NCBI GenBank assembly: GCA_016182235.1
Contig: JACOXT010000003.1
Span: 130,209-194,208 of the forward strand
DNA from: Candidatus Levyibacteriota bacterium
Lineage (GTDB): Bacteria; Patescibacteriota; Microgenomatia; Levybacterales; UBA12049
DNA length: 64,000 nt
Reading direction: 5' to 3'
Part shown: piece by piece, positions 61,443-64,000 of the stretch
How positions within the stretch are numbered: the first letter of the stretch is position 1
Layout: each line of letters opens with the position of its first letter
Made by a program: the position numbers and the translations under genes
Notes under the pieces: generated by a model
What the model saw: the letters and a program-made list of their open reading frames with translations, nothing else
What the model was told of the DNA's origin: nothing
Databases searched by the model: none

Positions 61443-63049
61443 GTAGTAAAACCCAGCTTAATTGGTCAAGAAAAGTTGTTGTTTATCAAATTTATCCGCG
61501 AAGTTTTAAGGACAGCAATAATGATGGTATTGGTGATTTGCAAGGGATAATCGACAAGCTCGATTATCTGAATGACGGAACAGAAAAATCTCTTGGCATT
61601 GATGCAATTTGGCTTTCTCCCATCTATAAATCTCCTATGATTGATTTCGGTTACGACATTTCAGATTATCTGGATATAGATCCTGTTTTTGGCGATCTTG
61701 AAATATTCGATCGTTTCATAAAAGAGGCCCATAAACGCAATATAAAAGTTATTATGGATTTTGTTGCAAATCATACTTCAGATAAGCACATTTGGTTTAA
61801 AGAGTCTAGGTCTTCAAGGCATAATTCAAAAAGAGATTGGTATATTTGGAAAGACCCAAAACCTGATGGATCACCACCCAATAATTGGCTTAGTGTGTTT
61901 GGCGGTTCTTCTTGGGCTTTGGATAAAAGAACAAATCAGTATTATCTCCATAGTTTTTTACCTGAGCAGCCTGATTTAAATTGGCGAAATATTGAGGTAA
62001 AAACAGCAATGGAAAAGGTATTGGAATTTTGGATTCACAAAGGCGTTGACGGTTTTCGATCCGATGCTTCTTACCATTTGATAAAAGATGATCAATTTCG
62101 AGACGATCCTGGAAATCCAAACTACAAAGGCCCTAAAAATTCTTACAAAAGATTTCTCCATATCTATAGTCAGGGTCGGCCTGAAGCTTTAGATACTATA
62201 AACACTTTTTGTTCGATTCTGGGACTTCATAAAGATAAATATATTGTCAGTGAGGCCTATCTTGATATCCCCGAAATGACCAAACTTTACAAAGCTTGTT
62301 CCAATGGCCTCCATGCTCCGTTTAACTTTAATCTTATATCGCTTCCATGGGACGCACAAATAGTAAAAAGCCACATAGATAATTTTGAGGCATCCCTTAA
62401 TAAAAATGATTGGCCAAATTATGTATTAGGCAATCACGACAGACAGCGCGTGGTTTCACGTGTTGGCAAGAAAAGAGCAAAATTGTTAGCTATGCTACTT
62501 TTCACCTTGCGGGGCATGCCTTTTGTGTATTATGGCGAAGAGATTGGCATGGAGAATGTCGGCCTATCTTCCGATAAGCAAAAAGATTTAGTTGGGAATC
62601 GTCTAACAGCAAATCGAGATGGTGAAAGAACACCCATGCAATGGGACGAATCGGCGCATGCCGGTTTTTCTATTGTTAAACCATGGTTGCCAGTGGGAGA
62701 AAAATACAAAGATGTAAATGTCAAGAAAGAATTAAACGATCCCATATCTATGCTTCGTTTGTACCGTCATCTTATTCATTATCGTACTCATAATCATGTT
62801 CTTCTTCACGGATCCTATCGTTCATTAGGCTTTGGCAATAGAAATGTCTTTGCTTTTCTTCGCGAACTTGGTGATGAAAAAATTCTTGTTATATTAAATT
62901 TTTCAAAAGACGAAGAATCTGTTTCCCTTCCCTATCAAAAAGCAAAAGTTGTATGTACTACAAATAGAGAAAAAGAGGGAGAAACTATTAATATCAAAAA
63001 GATAATTTTGTTCGCATATCAAGGGTATGTGATGGAGGTGATTGAGTAA
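61439..63049 (+). CDS. GH13 alpha-glucosidase / oligo-1,6-glucosidase family enzyme
   Basis: YQIYPRSFKDSNNDGIGDLQGI, DFVANHTS, GVDGFRSDA, VSEAY, GNHD. ATGA overlap, so start moved to 61439. Confidence 0.88.
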   Translation: MSSKTQLNWSRKVVVYQIYPRSFKDSNNDGIGDLQGIIDKLDYLNDGTEKSLGIDAIWLSPIYKSPMIDFGYDISDYLDIDPVFGDLEIFDRFIKEAHKRNIKVIMDFVANHTSDKHIWFKESRSSRHNSKRDWYIWKDPKPDGSPPNNWLSVFGGSSWALDKRTNQYYLHSFLPEQPDLNWRNIEVKTAMEKVLEFWIHKGVDGFRSDASYHLIKDDQFRDDPGNPNYKGPKNSYKRFLHIYSQGRPEALDTINTFCSILGLHKDKYIVSEAYLDIPEMTKLYKACSNGLHAPFNFNLISLPWDAQIVKSHIDNFEASLNKNDWPNYVLGNHDRQRVVSRVGKKRAKLLAMLLFTLRGMPFVYYGEEIGMENVGLSSDKQKDLVGNRLTANRDGERTPMQWDESAHAGFSIVKPWLPVGEKYKDVNVKKELNDPISMLRLYRHLIHYRTHNHVLLHGSYRSLGFGNRNVFAFLRELGDEKILVILNFSKDEESVSLPYQKAKVVCTTNREKEGETINIKKIILFAYQGYVMEVIE

Positions 63050-63052
63050 ATT

Positions 63053-63583
63053 ATGAACAACGAAAAAAAACTTTTAAAATTTAGAAAAGAAAAAGACATC
63101 GCTTGGAAAAATGATAAAGAATCGCCTTTAACTGAGGAACAGAGAAGAATTTTTGAAGGATTAAATTATTTTCCATCTAATCGTAATTTGAGTTTTGAGC
63201 TGTTGCTTAATAAAAACGTTCCCGATGCAGGCAAAGAGGTAACTATTAAAACTACAGGCGGAGAGGAACAGGTTTATTTAAGAGCTGGGAAAGTTAGATT
63301 CAGAGTTGAGGGTATTGATGTTGAAGCAATTGTTTTTGAAGATCCTGAGCAGGAACAGTTTCAGTATTGTCTACTTTTTAGAGACCTAACAACTGGGAAA
63401 GAGACCTATAAAAATGGCAGGATGTTACAAATTCCAAAAAAAGGAGACAAGTTAGTTGTTGACTTTAATTATGCCTATAATCCCTATAGTTCCTACAATG
63501 ATAATTGGGATTGTCCAATTACACCAGAAAAAAATGTGTTGCCTGTTGCAATTAAAGCCGGAGAAAAGAAGTTTAATTCATGA
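63053..63583 (+). CDS. DUF1684 domain protein
   Basis: YAYNPYSSYNDNWDCPITPEKNVLPVAIKAGEKKF. Confidence 0.75.
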   Translation: MNNEKKLLKFRKEKDIAWKNDKESPLTEEQRRIFEGLNYFPSNRNLSFELLLNKNVPDAGKEVTIKTTGGEEQVYLRAGKVRFRVEGIDVEAIVFEDPEQEQFQYCLLFRDLTTGKETYKNGRMLQIPKKGDKLVVDFNYAYNPYSSYNDNWDCPITPEKNVLPVAIKAGEKKFNS

Positions 63584-63942
63584 AGTCGCTGCTTTTTGTT
63601 TATAATGCTGACTCGTCTTTATTTAATCAAATTGGTGATTTAATTCACAAAACTATTTCTCCTAAAACCTATCAATGTAATTTATGCGGGCTAACTTACT
63701 CGGGAATAAGTATGAAAAGCGGCTGGAAAGATTTTATCAACTCGTTACCCATTAAAGCAGTGTTTCTACACAAGGATGAATTTCTTAAGCAATATCCTAA
63801 TATGCAGAATACAAATTTTCCCATAGCTTTTACCAAACAAAATAATAATCTGGTAGAACTAATTTCAACACAGGAAATAAACCAGGCAAAAAGTTTGGAA
63901 GAATTGGAAAAACTGATTTTAGAAAAAACGCTACGATTTTAA
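63580..63942 (+). CDS. Hypothetical protein with a CxxC motif
   Basis: LLFVYNADSSLFNQIGDLIHKTISPKTYQCNLCGLTY. Family not recognised. Confidence 0.5.
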   Translation: MKSLLFVYNADSSLFNQIGDLIHKTISPKTYQCNLCGLTYSGISMKSGWKDFINSLPIKAVFLHKDEFLKQYPNMQNTNFPIAFTKQNNNLVELISTQEINQAKSLEELEKLILEKTLRF

Positions 63943-64000
63943 GCCACTAAATTTTTCGTGGGCTCAGTTATTTACGGATTCACTTTCAGTCGGGGCGCCC

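Noticed and set aside
1-64000. Alternative genetic code (UGA reassignment as in Gracilibacteria/Absconditabacteria, or reassignment of TAA/TAG) as an explanation for the in-frame stops
   Set aside because: TGA ends tuf and infA at canonical lengths. TAA and TAG end many r-protein genes exactly where expected. All three codons therefore function as stops, and the two in-frame stops are local events.
63943-64000. GC-richer tail (…cagtcggggcgccc) as the possible start of a structured RNA gene (tRNA, tmRNA or SRP RNA)
   Set aside because: It is too short and is truncated by the window edge. I could not fold a convincing acceptor/D-arm or match a known 5' consensus.
1-64000. Prophage, IS element, integron or other mobile-element signatures; rRNA and tRNA genes
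   Set aside because: No transposase, integrase or terminal inverted repeats are present. No cloverleaf-compatible segments were recognised in any intergenic gap.

Overview
AT-rich bacterial window with the hallmarks of a small-genome Candidate Phyla Radiation (Patescibacteria, Microgenomates-like) organism. This placement is an inference from gene content, with no database check. All three stop codons terminate conserved genes at the expected lengths, so the code is standard. Layout: (1) 1-12.4 kb is a mixed accessory region. It holds an XRE regulator, a GlcG-like protein, a GAF sensor kinase, a minus-strand CoA cluster (S58 peptidase, Nudix fused to archaeal-type PPAT, methyltransferase-like protein, CoaBC), a histidine-kinase remnant, and a B12-binding radical SAM gene broken by one in-frame TAA. 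(2) 12.0-22.9 kb is a type IV pilus locus. It holds receiver/Hpt/receiver genes, pilB, pilC, four pseudopilins (one is 657 aa with a beta-propeller), a major pilin and an M23 peptidase. (3) 23.0-42.2 kb is tuf plus the complete S10-spc-alpha ribosomal protein cluster, ending with rplM-rpsI. There is no room for L30, and four tandem P-loop NMP-kinase-like genes lie between secY and map. (4) 42.2-47.5 kb holds isoprenoid genes (idi, isopentenyl phosphate kinase, uppS) and an ECF sigma factor. (5) 48.2-64 kb is a thiol/metal redox island with two ArsR-controlled operons, one ending in a MerA-like reductase. It also holds a Crp-family regulator with three near-identical CRP-geometry sites in front of three operons. 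Those operons encode thioredoxin/glutaredoxin-fold proteins, Gdh, a LUD protein, a C2H2 zinc-finger mini-protein, a second disulfide reductase, and two paralogous unannotated Cys/His-rich micro-ORFs. The signals most worth follow-up are these: the micro-ORF pair and its Crp regulon; a family of 7-bp (and 8-bp) periodic, often mirror-symmetric repeat arrays in ribosomal-operon intergenic gaps, pilin leader regions and some coding regions; two genes interrupted by single in-frame stops; and the NMP-kinase array. No rRNA, tRNA, CRISPR array or mobile element could be supported.
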